In this document: in pieces, positions 20,274 to 30,431 of the stretch
Position numbering within the stretch: position 1 is the first letter of the stretch
Layout: every line of letters begins with the position of its first letter
DNA from: Myxococcota bacterium
GTDB taxonomy: Bacteria; Myxococcota_A; UBA9042; PHBI01; JAWLBL01
Direction: 5' to 3'
Assembly: GCA_041687695.1 (NCBI GenBank)
Contig: JAWLBL010000019.1
Location: forward strand, 96,001 to 160,000
Length of the DNA: 64,000 nt
The notes under the pieces: generated by a model
Databases searched by the model: none
What the model was told of the DNA's origin: nothing
What the model saw: only the letters and a program-made list of their open reading frames with translations
Position numbers and translations under genes: made by a program

Positions 20274-20996
20274 ATGAAGAATACGGTCGCGCGTGTCGGC
20301 AGTCCAGCCTGCGCTTCGATTCAAAGAGACTTCAGCAAGGTGCCCTGGACCACGACGTTGATCCCTGAGGACCTGCTCGACTGGGCCGATGAGGACAAGG
20401 CCCGTGTTACAGCGTTCGCATTGGCCGCGCTGCTGTACTGTTCGAGTCGGGGCGGCGAGGTCACGAGATGCGTCGCGACGTCGGCCGAACTGCTAGGGAT
20501 CAGCAAGGCGACCAGTTGGCGAGCGGTCTCAATGCTCAAGGAGATCGGCATCGCTCGCGACGAGACCGGGACGTGGCACGGGATGCGCGTGCCCACTCGA
20601 GAATCCATCAGCGGCTGGCTGGCCATCCCGAGTGAGATCGTCGTCGACCCTCGCCGCAAGCCCATCGATATCATCTGGCTCGCGCGCTTGCTCCGCTTGT
20701 GCGAGCAGGAGAGCCAGGCAGCTGGGGGAGAGGACCGCCGCGAAATGGTTCACCCGCGCGCATGGGTCCTGAGGTCGCAGTACGCCGTCGCGACCAAGCT
20801 GGGCACCTCAAGGAACACCACCCACAAGGCGATCCAGAGGCTGGCCGAACTCGGCTACGTGGACGTGCGCGGACAGGGGGTGAACGTACAGCCCCACATG
20901 CCCCGGCAGCTCGGGCTCGTCGGTGGGATCGTCCAGGCCCTGCGCGGTCAGGCCGACGTTGTCCGGCTTGAGGATTGGCGGCGGCATGAGTCGTAA
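20274..20996 (+). CDS. Two-HTH protein, candidate replication initiator
   Basis: HTH-like VATSAELLGISKATSWRAVSML and SQYAVATKLGTSRNTTHKAIQRLAELGYV; directly downstream of iterons and A-rich tract. Confidence 0.6.
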   Translation: MKNTVARVGSPACASIQRDFSKVPWTTTLIPEDLLDWADEDKARVTAFALAALLYCSSRGGEVTRCVATSAELLGISKATSWRAVSMLKEIGIARDETGTWHGMRVPTRESISGWLAIPSEIVVDPRRKPIDIIWLARLLRLCEQESQAAGGEDRREMVHPRAWVLRSQYAVATKLGTSRNTTHKAIQRLAELGYVDVRGQGVNVQPHMPRQLGLVGGIVQALRGQADVVRLEDWRRHES

Positions 20997-21548
20997 GAAG
21001 TGCAATCGATTGCGCGAGTTTGATCGGGGATGATGAGTGCATCCGGTATCGGGAAACCCCACACCGGAGGCCTCCCGTGGACGACGTCAATCGCACCCGC
21101 ATGCGCGCGCTGATCGACCTTTGGAAGCGCAGCCGCGCACGCAGAAACCCAAAGCAACTCCGAGTGCTGATGCTCATGAAGAGGACCGGTGTACGCTGTC
21201 GCAAGTGCCGAAAGGAGATCCCTGTCGGGGACCGGGTGTTGTGGGATCCACGCGACAAGTCGTGTGAACATGAGCTCTGCCCAAATGTGATTGACTTCGT
21301 GGCCTGGCGAGAGGAACGGAATAGATAACCGCTCGAAAGCTGCGTATCTGTTGACGACTACGCCATCCGCCTGCGATCATTAGTCGTCGACTTCGGTCAT
21401 TGGGGATGCGTTAGTCCATGAGGTGGCGTATGGCGTGGGTGTTGGCTTGGCTTTGCTTGACCTGCGCGCCGCCTGGTATGGCCGACGTCGACCAGCAGCT
21501 TCGCAGCATCGAGTCACGGCTCGAGCTGCTCGCTCAGGAACTCGGGCG

Positions 21549-22052
21549 ATGAGCAGCAAGTGGTGCAGCGGAGCCTGTGGTGAGCTACTCCCGCACTCCC
21601 ATTTTGCGCGGGACAAGAGTAAGAAGGATGGCCTGTCGTCCCGGTGCCGGGCCTGCGCCAAGGCAGCGACCAAGGCCTGGACCCAGGCAAACCCAAAGCG
21701 AGCCGCCGCAGCCAAGCGTCGGGCCTACGAGCGCGGCAAGAAGCACGTGGTCTATCGGCTGACCCACGTCCCGACCGGCCAGTACTATGTGGGCTCGACG
21801 CACCAGCCCACCTCGCGCGAGCAGAGCCACCGCTACGCGCTACGAACCGCCACTCACTGGAACCCTGGCGTGCTGGCCATCATCGCCCGAGAGGGCTACC
21901 ACGCGGACGACTGGACGTTTGAGGTGGTCGCGGTGGGATCGTCGGCGGAGGAGGTCCGGAGGCTGGAGACGCAGGTCATTCAGGACCTGGAGCACGACTC
22001 CTTGGTCTTGAATCGGATGGCTGGTGGCGGCCCGATGGCGAGAGCCCACTGA
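21549..22052 (+). CDS. GIY-YIG endonuclease with N-terminal Cys zinc finger
   Basis: CSGAC...SKKDGLSSRCRAC; VVYRLTHVPTGQYYVGST; RRLE...LN. Confidence 0.7.
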   Translation: MSSKWCSGACGELLPHSHFARDKSKKDGLSSRCRACAKAATKAWTQANPKRAAAAKRRAYERGKKHVVYRLTHVPTGQYYVGSTHQPTSREQSHRYALRTATHWNPGVLAIIAREGYHADDWTFEVVAVGSSAEEVRRLETQVIQDLEHDSLVLNRMAGGGPMARAH

Positions 22053-22098
22053 TGGTGCGCTCGGACGTCAGTCTCCCTCGGGCTGCGGCAATACGGCC

Positions 22099-22731
22099 AT
22101 GAGCGCGTTCGAGGCGCAGGTCTCATGGCAGGCGTACAGGACATGGGGGGCTGTCGACCCACAGGTCTGGTGGCCATCCACCGCTCGGTCGTCGGATGCC
22201 GAGCTTGAGCGCCTCGGCTGGGCGATGTCACGTGTGACGCTGCGACATCGTGCAGCCCTAGCGCCGCTCCCGCAGGCGGCGATCGCGCGCGAACTGGGCG
22301 TCAGTCAGCCGACGGTCTGCGCGCGTCGTCGGGTGACCTTGGCCGGCCTGAGGAAGCTCCTAAGCTACCGGGGCGACCCAGACCGCGATGCCGCCATCGT
22401 GGTCGAGATGGCGAGGGGCGAGGATCTGGTGACCAGGCTGGCGGTCAGGACATGGGCCGCGACTGGTCGTCGTGCTCCAGTCGCAGGGGTGCTCGACGAG
22501 GCCTACACACCCGACCATCGACGCGCGAGCGAGGCCTTGGTCGAGTGGCTGGCGGACCACGCCTCGAACGCGACGGTTCGTCGTCTTGCGGGAGTGCATT
22601 TGCCGGCAGGTCCGGTGCTCATCGTGGGGCCTGACGTGGATGCATGGTCTCGATGGGATGCGGCCCGGAGTACGGCAGCCGAGCGACTCCTGGCGTGGAG
22701 GTCCATGGCCGAGGACAGCAGGGCGGCATGA
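22099..22731 (+). CDS. HTH protein, possible late-gene activator
   Basis: PQAAIARELGVSQPTVCAR HTH; just upstream of packaging module; start uncertain. Confidence 0.4.
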   Translation: MSAFEAQVSWQAYRTWGAVDPQVWWPSTARSSDAELERLGWAMSRVTLRHRAALAPLPQAAIARELGVSQPTVCARRRVTLAGLRKLLSYRGDPDRDAAIVVEMARGEDLVTRLAVRTWAATGRRAPVAGVLDEAYTPDHRRASEALVEWLADHASNATVRRLAGVHLPAGPVLIVGPDVDAWSRWDAARSTAAERLLAWRSMAEDSRAA

Positions 22732-23084
22732 GGCGGGGCACGAACGCATGCGGCACGGGATTGATTAGCCGTCCTCCAGCGGAGGCGACCATGGAGCTGG
22801 ACAGGGTCAAGCGCGAAACAGTCGAACACGTACCGCTGCTAGTGGTCATGGTGCGCTCGGTGCTGCGCCTTGGTGACTGGTTCCGGTGTTTGCCCACTAG
22901 AGCGAGCAAGGCGAGGAGGCCCAGGAAGACGGGCTGTCGCCATGGTGGTGCCTCAGGGTGAGGCAGGGGAGGGCGGACACCCCCCCGTTTGGGTCTCATG
23001 GTGAGACACCGAGCCCGGCCTCTCTCCCCTCCGATTTAGCGGCGGATCCGAAGAAAAAATCCTGAACCGGAAAACGAGCCCGGG

Positions 23085-23555
23085 ATGAGCAAGGGTCAGA
23101 GCAAGATGGAGACCGCGCGAGCGATGGCTGATCGTGGCCTGTCCAGGGCATCTGCGCCTCCAGAAGCCGACGAGACGGTCGACCTGCTGCTCGAGCACAT
23201 CTCGCGGGGGATCGACAAGCGGACGAGCGCGGGGAAGGCGCAGCTCGCGTTGCTGCGTCAGGTGCGGGAGCGGGGGATCTCGCTGCGCCAGCTGCAGGCC
23301 TGGGAAGTGAGCCGAATGTTCGAGCTGGAGAAGCAGTTCCGCGACGAGAAGATCGAAGCCGGCAAGATGCACGTCCAGGTGGCGAAGATCATCGAGTCGC
23401 TTCGGAAGCTGGCGGAGGCGGATCAGGAGCCCGACGAGACCGTCCCGGGCAACATCGAGATCACGGTGACGCTGGACCCGTCGCTGAGGGATGACGGCCC
23501 CGGCGACACCATCTCGGTGGCGAGCCCGAGAGGCGAAGGACTGGCGAGCGAGTAG
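23085..23555 (+). CDS. Putative terminase small subunit
   Basis: Position immediately upstream of terminase large subunit; helical, 156 aa. Confidence 0.5.
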   Translation: MSKGQSKMETARAMADRGLSRASAPPEADETVDLLLEHISRGIDKRTSAGKAQLALLRQVRERGISLRQLQAWEVSRMFELEKQFRDEKIEAGKMHVQVAKIIESLRKLAEADQEPDETVPGNIEITVTLDPSLRDDGPGDTISVASPRGEGLASE

Positions 23556-23581
23556 GCCCTTGGACGGGGCCGGGTGAACCG

Positions 23582-25075
23582 GTGGGGTCGGGAAGACCCT
23601 GGTTGGCGCAGCGGAGACGAAAGCGAGCGGACCTTCGGCATTTCAACGCCGACACGCTCCAGTGCGACTTCGTCCGGATCTTCTGGGGCGACAAGGCCGA
23701 GAAGGCGCGTCAGCAGGTCCGCTTCGTGGTCGCGAGCGGGCGCCGGTACCAGCTTGCGTTGTGCGGGCGCGGGTTCGGGAAGAGCTGGTGTCTGGCGCTG
23801 AAGTGTCTCTGGCTCGCGCTGATCAACCCGGGCGTCGACGGCGCCATCCTCGGCCGGACCTATCAGGAGGCGAAGTCCGGGCCGCTCCTGACCAACCTGC
23901 TCGCGCACCTTGAGACGTTCGCGCAGGTGACGGGAATCGACCTCGTCGCCTCGTTCAACAAGGGCGAGAAGTGCCTGACCCTCACCAACGGGTCTCGAAT
24001 CCACATCCGTGGGTTCGAGACGATGGCAAAGCTCCGCTCGCTGTCGCTGGGGTGGGCGGTGGCCGACGAGCTCGACTGGAGCCAGTCGGTTGCGGCCGAC
24101 GTATTCGACTCGCTCCAGAAGCTGATTCGCGAGCCCTGCCCGATGCCCTGCCTGGCCCTCGGGACCTCCCCGGCCGGGATCTCTGGCATCGGCGGCCTGT
24201 TCCTCTCGCGCCTTAACGGGAATGACCCGGTCGAGGCAGCGCGCTACTTCGTGATCACCGGGACCGCCGAGGACAACCCGCACCTGGCCGGGACCGACTA
24301 CCTCGACACGATCCGACGCGGCAGCTCCAAGCGGAGCTGGATGCAAGAGGGCCTGGGGCAGGTCCTGACCGCGTCCGAGGCCGTCTTCCCCGAGTTCGAC
24401 TTGGCGAAGCACCGCATCCCGTGGACCTGGGACAAGTCGCTGGACTACCTGGTCGGGGTCGACTGGGGGACCTCGGCCGCGTCGGCGCTCTTCGTCCAGG
24501 TGCAGAAGGACGGGACGTGGATCGTGGCCGACGAGATTCGGGCGGTCGAGGGCTCGTATCAGCAGTTCCGTGACGCGCTGAGCCGCAAGGTCCGGTCCAT
24601 CGGGTACCTCCCGAGCTTGCTGGCGGCGGACAAGGCCGTGAAGTCGGAGAACGCCTGGGCGCGCGAGCACTTCACCGCGAAGTGCTGGGTGGCGACGCTG
24701 GACGGCGGTGCCGAGCAAGAGCTGGTCTACGGGCTCGAGTGCCTGCGGGCGCTGCTTGACCCAGCAGCGGACGACGAGCCGCCGCGTCTCCTGTTCGCCG
24801 ACTCCCTGGCCTACGACCCGCATGATCCGAACCCCGGAATCGTGGGCTCCCTCCTGTCCTACTCGTACATGAGGGGGCGGAATGGGGTGCTGACGAACAT
24901 CCCGATCAAGTCAGCGACCGACCCGTACAAGCACGCGGTTGACGCGCTCCGTTACCCGATCGTCGCGACGGCGAAGAAGCCTCAGTTCCACGGCGGACGC
25001 GCGCTGCCCTTTGCGGCGGCGGCGTCCCGTATCGACTTCAAGGCGTCCTACGAGCCCAAGGAGTTCGCTGCATGA
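23582..25075 (+). CDS. Terminase large subunit
   Basis: Walker A GRGFGKS, Walker B WAVADE, nuclease VGVDWG and HAVDALRY. Confidence 0.9.
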   Translation: MGSGRPWLAQRRRKRADLRHFNADTLQCDFVRIFWGDKAEKARQQVRFVVASGRRYQLALCGRGFGKSWCLALKCLWLALINPGVDGAILGRTYQEAKSGPLLTNLLAHLETFAQVTGIDLVASFNKGEKCLTLTNGSRIHIRGFETMAKLRSLSLGWAVADELDWSQSVAADVFDSLQKLIREPCPMPCLALGTSPAGISGIGGLFLSRLNGNDPVEAARYFVITGTAEDNPHLAGTDYLDTIRRGSSKRSWMQEGLGQVLTASEAVFPEFDLAKHRIPWTWDKSLDYLVGVDWGTSAASALFVQVQKDGTWIVADEIRAVEGSYQQFRDALSRKVRSIGYLPSLLAADKAVKSENAWAREHFTAKCWVATLDGGAEQELVYGLECLRALLDPAADDEPPRLLFADSLAYDPHDPNPGIVGSLLSYSYMRGRNGVLTNIPIKSATDPYKHAVDALRYPIVATAKKPQFHGGRALPFAAAASRIDFKASYEPKEFAA

Positions 25076-26550
25076 ACCTCATCGGCAACCTGTTCCGGCG
25101 CCTGACGAGGGTCCGCCGCTACGAGATCGATTCCCGCGACCGGGGGGCGCACCGGTCCAACAGCCTCCGTCTCGAGGCGTTCAGGGCCGGCGACTTCGCG
25201 ACCGCCATGGATGGCGTTTTGGAGGCCATCTTCAGCGACACGGACGGGCTGCAGCCGAGGTACGCGCCGCTGATCCAGCGCATCGCGTCCGACGGGGCGA
25301 GTCAGTACGTGCGTGCGCCGCGCCGGCGGTTCGACGGGGTGTCGCCGACGCAGGCTGAGAAGCTGGCGAGCGTGTACCGCGCTTCGCGGGTCGACCGCGT
25401 CCTGTTGAAGGGGCAGCAGAAGAGCGTCCCGCAGAACGCCGTGCTCATCACGGCGGACCCGACGCCCGACTTGGACCGCCTGCAGCTCCAGTCGTGGGTG
25501 CCCGGCGAGGTGCTCGACATCGTGATGCCGAACGCGCTCGAGACCGACATCCGTCGGGCTGTTCGGGTGGAACTCGAGTGCCCGGTCGCGAAGGATGCGA
25601 AGGGCAACCTGGTGATCGGGAAGCGGGTCTACACGCCCACGGAGGCCTACACGGAGCATCCGAGCGGGGAGGGGGAGCCGCTTCGGGTCGGCATCTTCCG
25701 GCCCGACCTGACCCACCCGTTCAGGTCCGTCCCGATCGTGTTGGTGCGGCTGGAGGAACCGCGTCGCGGTGAAGTCCTGCCGGCGTTGCGTCTGGACCTG
25801 TTGGCGTTGAACGAAGCCTTGTGCGCGGCGCTGTCGGATCAAGAGTTCATCGCTCGGACCCAGTCGGCGGGCGAGCGCATCCTGACCGGGCCGGGCGCCA
25901 TGCAGGCGGTGACAGCGCTCTATGACGCGCAGAACAACCCCGAGCTGGCCGATGTGGGGAGCGCGTTGGCCGCCGACGCCATCAAGGCGTTTGACGGCGA
26001 GGACCTCGAATACAAGGTGGTCAACTCGAACCCGGACCTCGAGGGCTACCGAACCACGGTCGGTTCGATGGTGGAGCTGGTCGCCCGGTACGGGTACGCG
26101 CAGCCCGAGGGGTTGCTCGGCAGCACTGGCATCACGGGCGCGGCGAAGGAGGCCGAACGTCTCGAGGTGGTCGAACACCAGCGCCGGATGGAGGGGATCT
26201 GGCGCGACGCCGAACAGGACCTCCTGACGCTGATCGTCCAGGTGCTGAACGCGGGGCAGGTGGCGTTGCGGCTGCCCGAGTCCGCGACCGTGGAGGTGGA
26301 TCACCTGTATGTGGCCCCGAGGGCGAACGACCTGCAGACCGCGCAGGCCCGAGAGATCGATCACGCGCGCGGCCACTCGTCGGAGATCGAAGACGTGGCG
26401 CGCGCCGAGGGCCTGACGCTGGAAGAGGCCGAGCGGCTCATTCGGTGGCGGCTGCAGAAGCGGCGGGAGCTACTCGAGCTTGCGGGTCCGCAGACCCCGC
26501 AGGGGCTGAACCGCGTGGCCGACCTGAGCGCGAAACAGCTGCCCGGGTAG
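25072..26550 (+). CDS. Putative portal protein
   Basis: ATGA-coupled to terL; 492 aa; synteny. Confidence 0.7.
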   Translation: MNLIGNLFRRLTRVRRYEIDSRDRGAHRSNSLRLEAFRAGDFATAMDGVLEAIFSDTDGLQPRYAPLIQRIASDGASQYVRAPRRRFDGVSPTQAEKLASVYRASRVDRVLLKGQQKSVPQNAVLITADPTPDLDRLQLQSWVPGEVLDIVMPNALETDIRRAVRVELECPVAKDAKGNLVIGKRVYTPTEAYTEHPSGEGEPLRVGIFRPDLTHPFRSVPIVLVRLEEPRRGEVLPALRLDLLALNEALCAALSDQEFIARTQSAGERILTGPGAMQAVTALYDAQNNPELADVGSALAADAIKAFDGEDLEYKVVNSNPDLEGYRTTVGSMVELVARYGYAQPEGLLGSTGITGAAKEAERLEVVEHQRRMEGIWRDAEQDLLTLIVQVLNAGQVALRLPESATVEVDHLYVAPRANDLQTAQAREIDHARGHSSEIEDVARAEGLTLEEAERLIRWRLQKRRELLELAGPQTPQGLNRVADLSAKQLPG

Positions 26551-26598
26551 CGGCACCGATCCTATCGGACCACCCATGGTGAACCGGTGGAGGGTCTC

Positions 26599-27144
26599 AT
26601 GTCAGGAGCCAACCAGAACACGAACACGGCGCCCGCTCAGCAGGGCGGGGCCGACCAGTCAGGGAGCCCGGGGGCGGGGTCGGGCGCGTCTCACCAGACC
26701 CCACCGGCGTCCGAGCCCCACGTCCAGCCCCCGGGCTCGCCTGCCTCGGCCGAGAAGCCGAAGCAGGAGACCAAGCCCAAGGACGGTGGGGAGGCGCCCG
26801 CGAAGGGCGATGGCGCCGAGGCGGCGACGGCGCAGCCGCAGGGCGACGACGAGACGGCGAAGCGGCTGGCCGCGTTGGAGGCGGCCAACCAGGAACAGGC
26901 CAAGACGCTGGAAGCGGCGAAGCAGGCGATGCGGGACACGGTGCTCGAGGGGCTGGGCATCCTCCCGACGTATCGGAGCTTCGTCCCCGAGTTCGACCCC
27001 TTCAGCGAGAAGGGGAAGCGGGCGGCGGAGGAGTGGGCGGGCAAGCACCCCGAGGTGCGCCGGCCTCAGCAGAACCAGGCGCCGGCTCGGAAGGAGCGCG
27101 ACCCGGCGAAGGCCAAGAACAAGCTCTTCGGACGCAGAGGCTGA
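26599..27144 (+). CDS. Putative capsid scaffolding protein
   Basis: Low-complexity N-terminus plus coiled coil, between portal and capsid genes. Confidence 0.55.
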   Translation: MSGANQNTNTAPAQQGGADQSGSPGAGSGASHQTPPASEPHVQPPGSPASAEKPKQETKPKDGGEAPAKGDGAEAATAQPQGDDETAKRLAALEAANQEQAKTLEAAKQAMRDTVLEGLGILPTYRSFVPEFDPFSEKGKRAAEEWAGKHPEVRRPQQNQAPARKERDPAKAKNKLFGRRG

Positions 27145-27146
27145 CG

Positions 27147-27512
27147 ATGGCGGACGTGAAGCAGGACAAGGCGGCGAAGGCCGAGATGGCGCCGTCGGAG
27201 CGCACCAAGCGGTGGATCGAGTCGCGGAAGAAGGGGAGCGTGGCCGACGTGCTCGGCACGACCCCGGGATACCGCTACTACGTGGTCGACCCGAACGGTC
27301 GCAAGCCGGGGCCGCTGACCGCGCTCCGCTCGCGCCTGTACGAGAAGGGCTACGAGCTGTGCTCCAAGGTGGGGGACACCGCCTACTCGCCGACGGTGCC
27401 GGGCGGGGAGGTCTGGCGCATCTCCGAGGCCGACTACAAGGCGCTGTTCGCGGACCGGAAGGACCGTGACGACGCCGCGCGACGCGCCGCCGAGGCGCCG
27501 ACCGAAGCCTGA
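27147..27512 (+). CDS. Hypothetical head-module protein
   Basis: ORF with strong GC3 bias between scaffold and capsid genes. Confidence 0.55.
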   Translation: MADVKQDKAAKAEMAPSERTKRWIESRKKGSVADVLGTTPGYRYYVVDPNGRKPGPLTALRSRLYEKGYELCSKVGDTAYSPTVPGGEVWRISEADYKALFADRKDRDDAARRAAEAPTEA

Positions 27513-27586
27513 CCCGAAGGGGTCGCTCCCTCTGGACGGGGAGTCGTCGAGAACCAGGTGGGGTCATTCGTTAGGAGTGACCCAAA

Positions 27587-28471
27587 GTGCCGACCAACAA
27601 CGATTTCTCGCACCTCCTGGAGACCGTCGTCGAGATGGTGGAGGACGGACTCGACGCAACTCGCCTCGAGTTCGAGGACATCTGCCAGATCAAGACGGTC
27701 GACTCCCCGACCCTGCAGCTCTCGGACCTCTACGGCGTCGGGCACTACTCGACGACCGTCGCCAGCCCGAACGCCGACGCGATGTCGTCGTCGAGCAAGG
27801 TCCTGTCGAGCGTGTCCCGCGAGAAGAAGCTGATCTTCTTCCGCAAGGACGTGCGCGACCGTCCGGACCTGCCGCAGCACCTGGCGAAGCAGGTGATCCA
27901 GGCGGCGACGAGCACGGTCCGCAACCTGTTCTGGGCGGGCTTCGCCGGTCTCCCGACGCTGGCCCACCCCGACGAGGCCTACGCGGGCGCGGGCAAGTAC
28001 TTCGTCGACTCGTTCAGCGAGACGGTCACGCAGTCGAACAAGCTCACCGTGAGCCTGTCGGCGGACAGCCTCGCGCTCGCGCGGACGCGCCTCCGCGCCT
28101 ACAAGAACAAGAAGGGCCTGCCGCTCTCGCTGGACGTGTCGTCCAGCAACCTGGCGCTGGTCGTCCCGTCGACGATGCTGACGGAGGCGATGGACCTGGT
28201 CGCGGTGCGCGAGCCGACCTACGACGGCACCGGGCTGACCACCGGCACCTTCCACGGGATGCAGGTGATCGACTCGCCGTACCTGTCGGACAGCGACGAC
28301 TTCGGCGTGATCCACAAGCCGACGACCCCGCTGATCATGTGGATGCGGAAGGCGCCCGACCTGCGGATCGAGCCGATCCCGGGCACCAACACCGTCTCGC
28401 TCATCAGCGAGATGGAGTGCGTGTTCGGCGTCGACCCGTTCGAGGCCGGCATCGTCATGTCCGTGGTCTGA
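27587..28471 (+). CDS. Putative major capsid protein
   Basis: RBS AGGAG; 294 aa; LALVVP and VIDSPYLSDSDDF resemble Mu gpT/HK97-fold capsid motifs; synteny. Confidence 0.7.
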   Translation: MPTNNDFSHLLETVVEMVEDGLDATRLEFEDICQIKTVDSPTLQLSDLYGVGHYSTTVASPNADAMSSSSKVLSSVSREKKLIFFRKDVRDRPDLPQHLAKQVIQAATSTVRNLFWAGFAGLPTLAHPDEAYAGAGKYFVDSFSETVTQSNKLTVSLSADSLALARTRLRAYKNKKGLPLSLDVSSSNLALVVPSTMLTEAMDLVAVREPTYDGTGLTTGTFHGMQVIDSPYLSDSDDFGVIHKPTTPLIMWMRKAPDLRIEPIPGTNTVSLISEMECVFGVDPFEAGIVMSVV

Positions 28472-28492
28472 GCGAGCGCAGGGGCGGCCACG

Positions 28493-29065
28493 GTGATCGG
28501 GATACACTACAGCTGGGCCAAGTCCATCACGGACGACGAGCGCCGGTTCACGATCCCGCTCTCCGTGGCCACGTCCTGGCTCGCGAAGTCCATCCGGGCG
28601 CGCGTGTCCAACCGGGGCGAGACGGCCGACGGCGGCCAGTTCTCGCCCCTGGTTGCTCGCAGCCGGACCAAGCCGACCCGGAAGGTCCGGCGGTTCTACA
28701 AGTCGGGCGAGCTGTGGCGGAGCCTGCACGTTCACGCCACGCAGCCCGGCCGCGTTCGGGTCATGTTCCGGGGGAAGCGGACCCAGCGCGGGAAGTCGGC
28801 GCTGACGAACCCTCAGCTCGCCTGGTTGCTGCAGCGGCCGGAGCGAGCCGAGCTACTGGCCCCCAGCCGGCGCGAGGAAGCGCAGTTCGTTGAGCACCTG
28901 GCGACCCTGGCGCCGGGCCAGTGGCTGGACCGGACGGCGAAGATGGCCGGGGACTTCCGGCAGCGGCAGCAAGATGACCGGGCCGCTCGGGCGGTCGCGA
29001 AGGCGCAGAAGCTGCGGGCGCAGCTGCGGGCGCTCGGGGTGGAGATCGTAGGGGAGGCGGCGTGA
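28493..29065 (+). CDS. Putative virion morphogenesis/neck protein
   Basis: Basic protein after capsid gene; GETADGGQFSPL motif. Confidence 0.45.
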   Translation: MIGIHYSWAKSITDDERRFTIPLSVATSWLAKSIRARVSNRGETADGGQFSPLVARSRTKPTRKVRRFYKSGELWRSLHVHATQPGRVRVMFRGKRTQRGKSALTNPQLAWLLQRPERAELLAPSRREEAQFVEHLATLAPGQWLDRTAKMAGDFRQRQQDDRAARAVAKAQKLRAQLRALGVEIVGEAA

Positions 29066-29955
29066 TGGCGGTGGAGCTGCTTCAGTCGCGAGACTGCCCG
29101 GTCAGCTACGTGCCGACGGTCCGCCCGGCTTCGGCCGAGCTCGTCCTGGTCGACGACTCCGGCGCGGAGGTCGCCAGCCCGGCCGTCACCGTCGACGCGA
29201 TCGGGGCTGGGGGGACCGCCACGATCGCCAGCCTGACCAACCAGGCGACGTTCGAGGTCGACGACGCCACGAACATCCGGCCGGGTCAGCGGCTCTGGCT
29301 GCAGCCTCAGAGCGGGTCCGGGAGCGTGGTGAAGGTGTCGACGGTCAGCGGAACGACCGTCACTGTGGACGGGGCGCCGGCCGCGACGGTCCTCGAGGGG
29401 GACACGCTGCACGGAGCGACGCTCCGCGCGACCGTCTCCGCTTCCGCGCTGGGGATGCGGGGCCTGCACTGGTCGCTTCGGTGGACGATCACGGACGCGG
29501 ACGGACGGGTTACGGTTGAGCAAGAGACCGCGCACGTCGTCCGCCAGCGGTTCCGCGACGCCTGCACGCCCGACGAGGTGTCGCGCTACGTGGGGCAGCT
29601 CTTCCCGGGGATGACGAGGGGCAGGGACGCCGGGTGGTACGCCGACCTGGCCGAGCGCGCGTCAGACCGGGTGCGTCGCTTGCTGCAGGCGAAGGGGTGC
29701 TACCCGCACCTGGCGGGCGACCCGCTGGCGTTCCGTGAGGCGGGGCGCCTGGCGCTGTTGGCGGAGCTGGCGCTGCAGGGGCAGCGGGCGCCGGGGTACC
29801 AAGGGGTCGCGCTCGAGGACATCGACAAGGCGGCGCGGCGCGCGGTCTACGAGGCGGCTGACGGGCTCCAGTGGCACGACCGCAACGACGACGGGGCGGT
29901 CCAGGCGTCGGAGGTCGCGAAGCCGGTGGCCCGGGTGGTGAGGCTGCGACGATGA
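29062..29955 (+). CDS. Putative head-tail connector protein
   Basis: Overlapping start/stop with neighbours; synteny. Confidence 0.5.
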   Translation: MMAVELLQSRDCPVSYVPTVRPASAELVLVDDSGAEVASPAVTVDAIGAGGTATIASLTNQATFEVDDATNIRPGQRLWLQPQSGSGSVVKVSTVSGTTVTVDGAPAATVLEGDTLHGATLRATVSASALGMRGLHWSLRWTITDADGRVTVEQETAHVVRQRFRDACTPDEVSRYVGQLFPGMTRGRDAGWYADLAERASDRVRRLLQAKGCYPHLAGDPLAFREAGRLALLAELALQGQRAPGYQGVALEDIDKAARRAVYEAADGLQWHDRNDDGAVQASEVAKPVARVVRLRR

Positions 29956-30380
29956 GGGCGAGCGAAGTACGCCGGGCGATCATCGCGGCCGTGGAGGCGA
30001 TCCAGCCCGATCACCGCGCGACACCGGCTGACGTGTTTCGTCACGTCGACCTGGGGCAGATCACCGCCGGGGTGTCGCTCCCGGACCGGTCGTTCTACGT
30101 GGCCCTCGAGTCGCCGCCGCGCGACATGGCGGACATGACGGACAACCTGTTCCAGGTCGGCTACTCGGTTCAGGTGTTCTACGCGGCGTCGCCGACGATC
30201 GATGACCGAATCGGGGCCGACGTGGAGAAGCTGATCTGGGCGCTGCCTCAGATCCCGGCCGGCCACAACGAGGTGGCGTCGGCATCGGTCCTATCGACCT
30301 CGGTTGGTGAGGACGAAGGCGGGATCGATGTCGTCGTCTTGGTCGAGGTGACGTACCGGCTGGACGACCTGTCGGCCTGA
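29952..30380 (+). CDS. Putative tail terminator
   Basis: ~142 aa, ends VVVLVEVTYRL; precedes tail tube gene. Confidence 0.5.
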   Translation: MRASEVRRAIIAAVEAIQPDHRATPADVFRHVDLGQITAGVSLPDRSFYVALESPPRDMADMTDNLFQVGYSVQVFYAASPTIDDRIGADVEKLIWALPQIPAGHNEVASASVLSTSVGEDEGGIDVVVLVEVTYRLDDLSA

Positions 30381-30431
30381 GCCCCTTGGACGGGGGCGCG
30401 AAGAACACGGTGGGGTCAGGAGTGACCCCGG

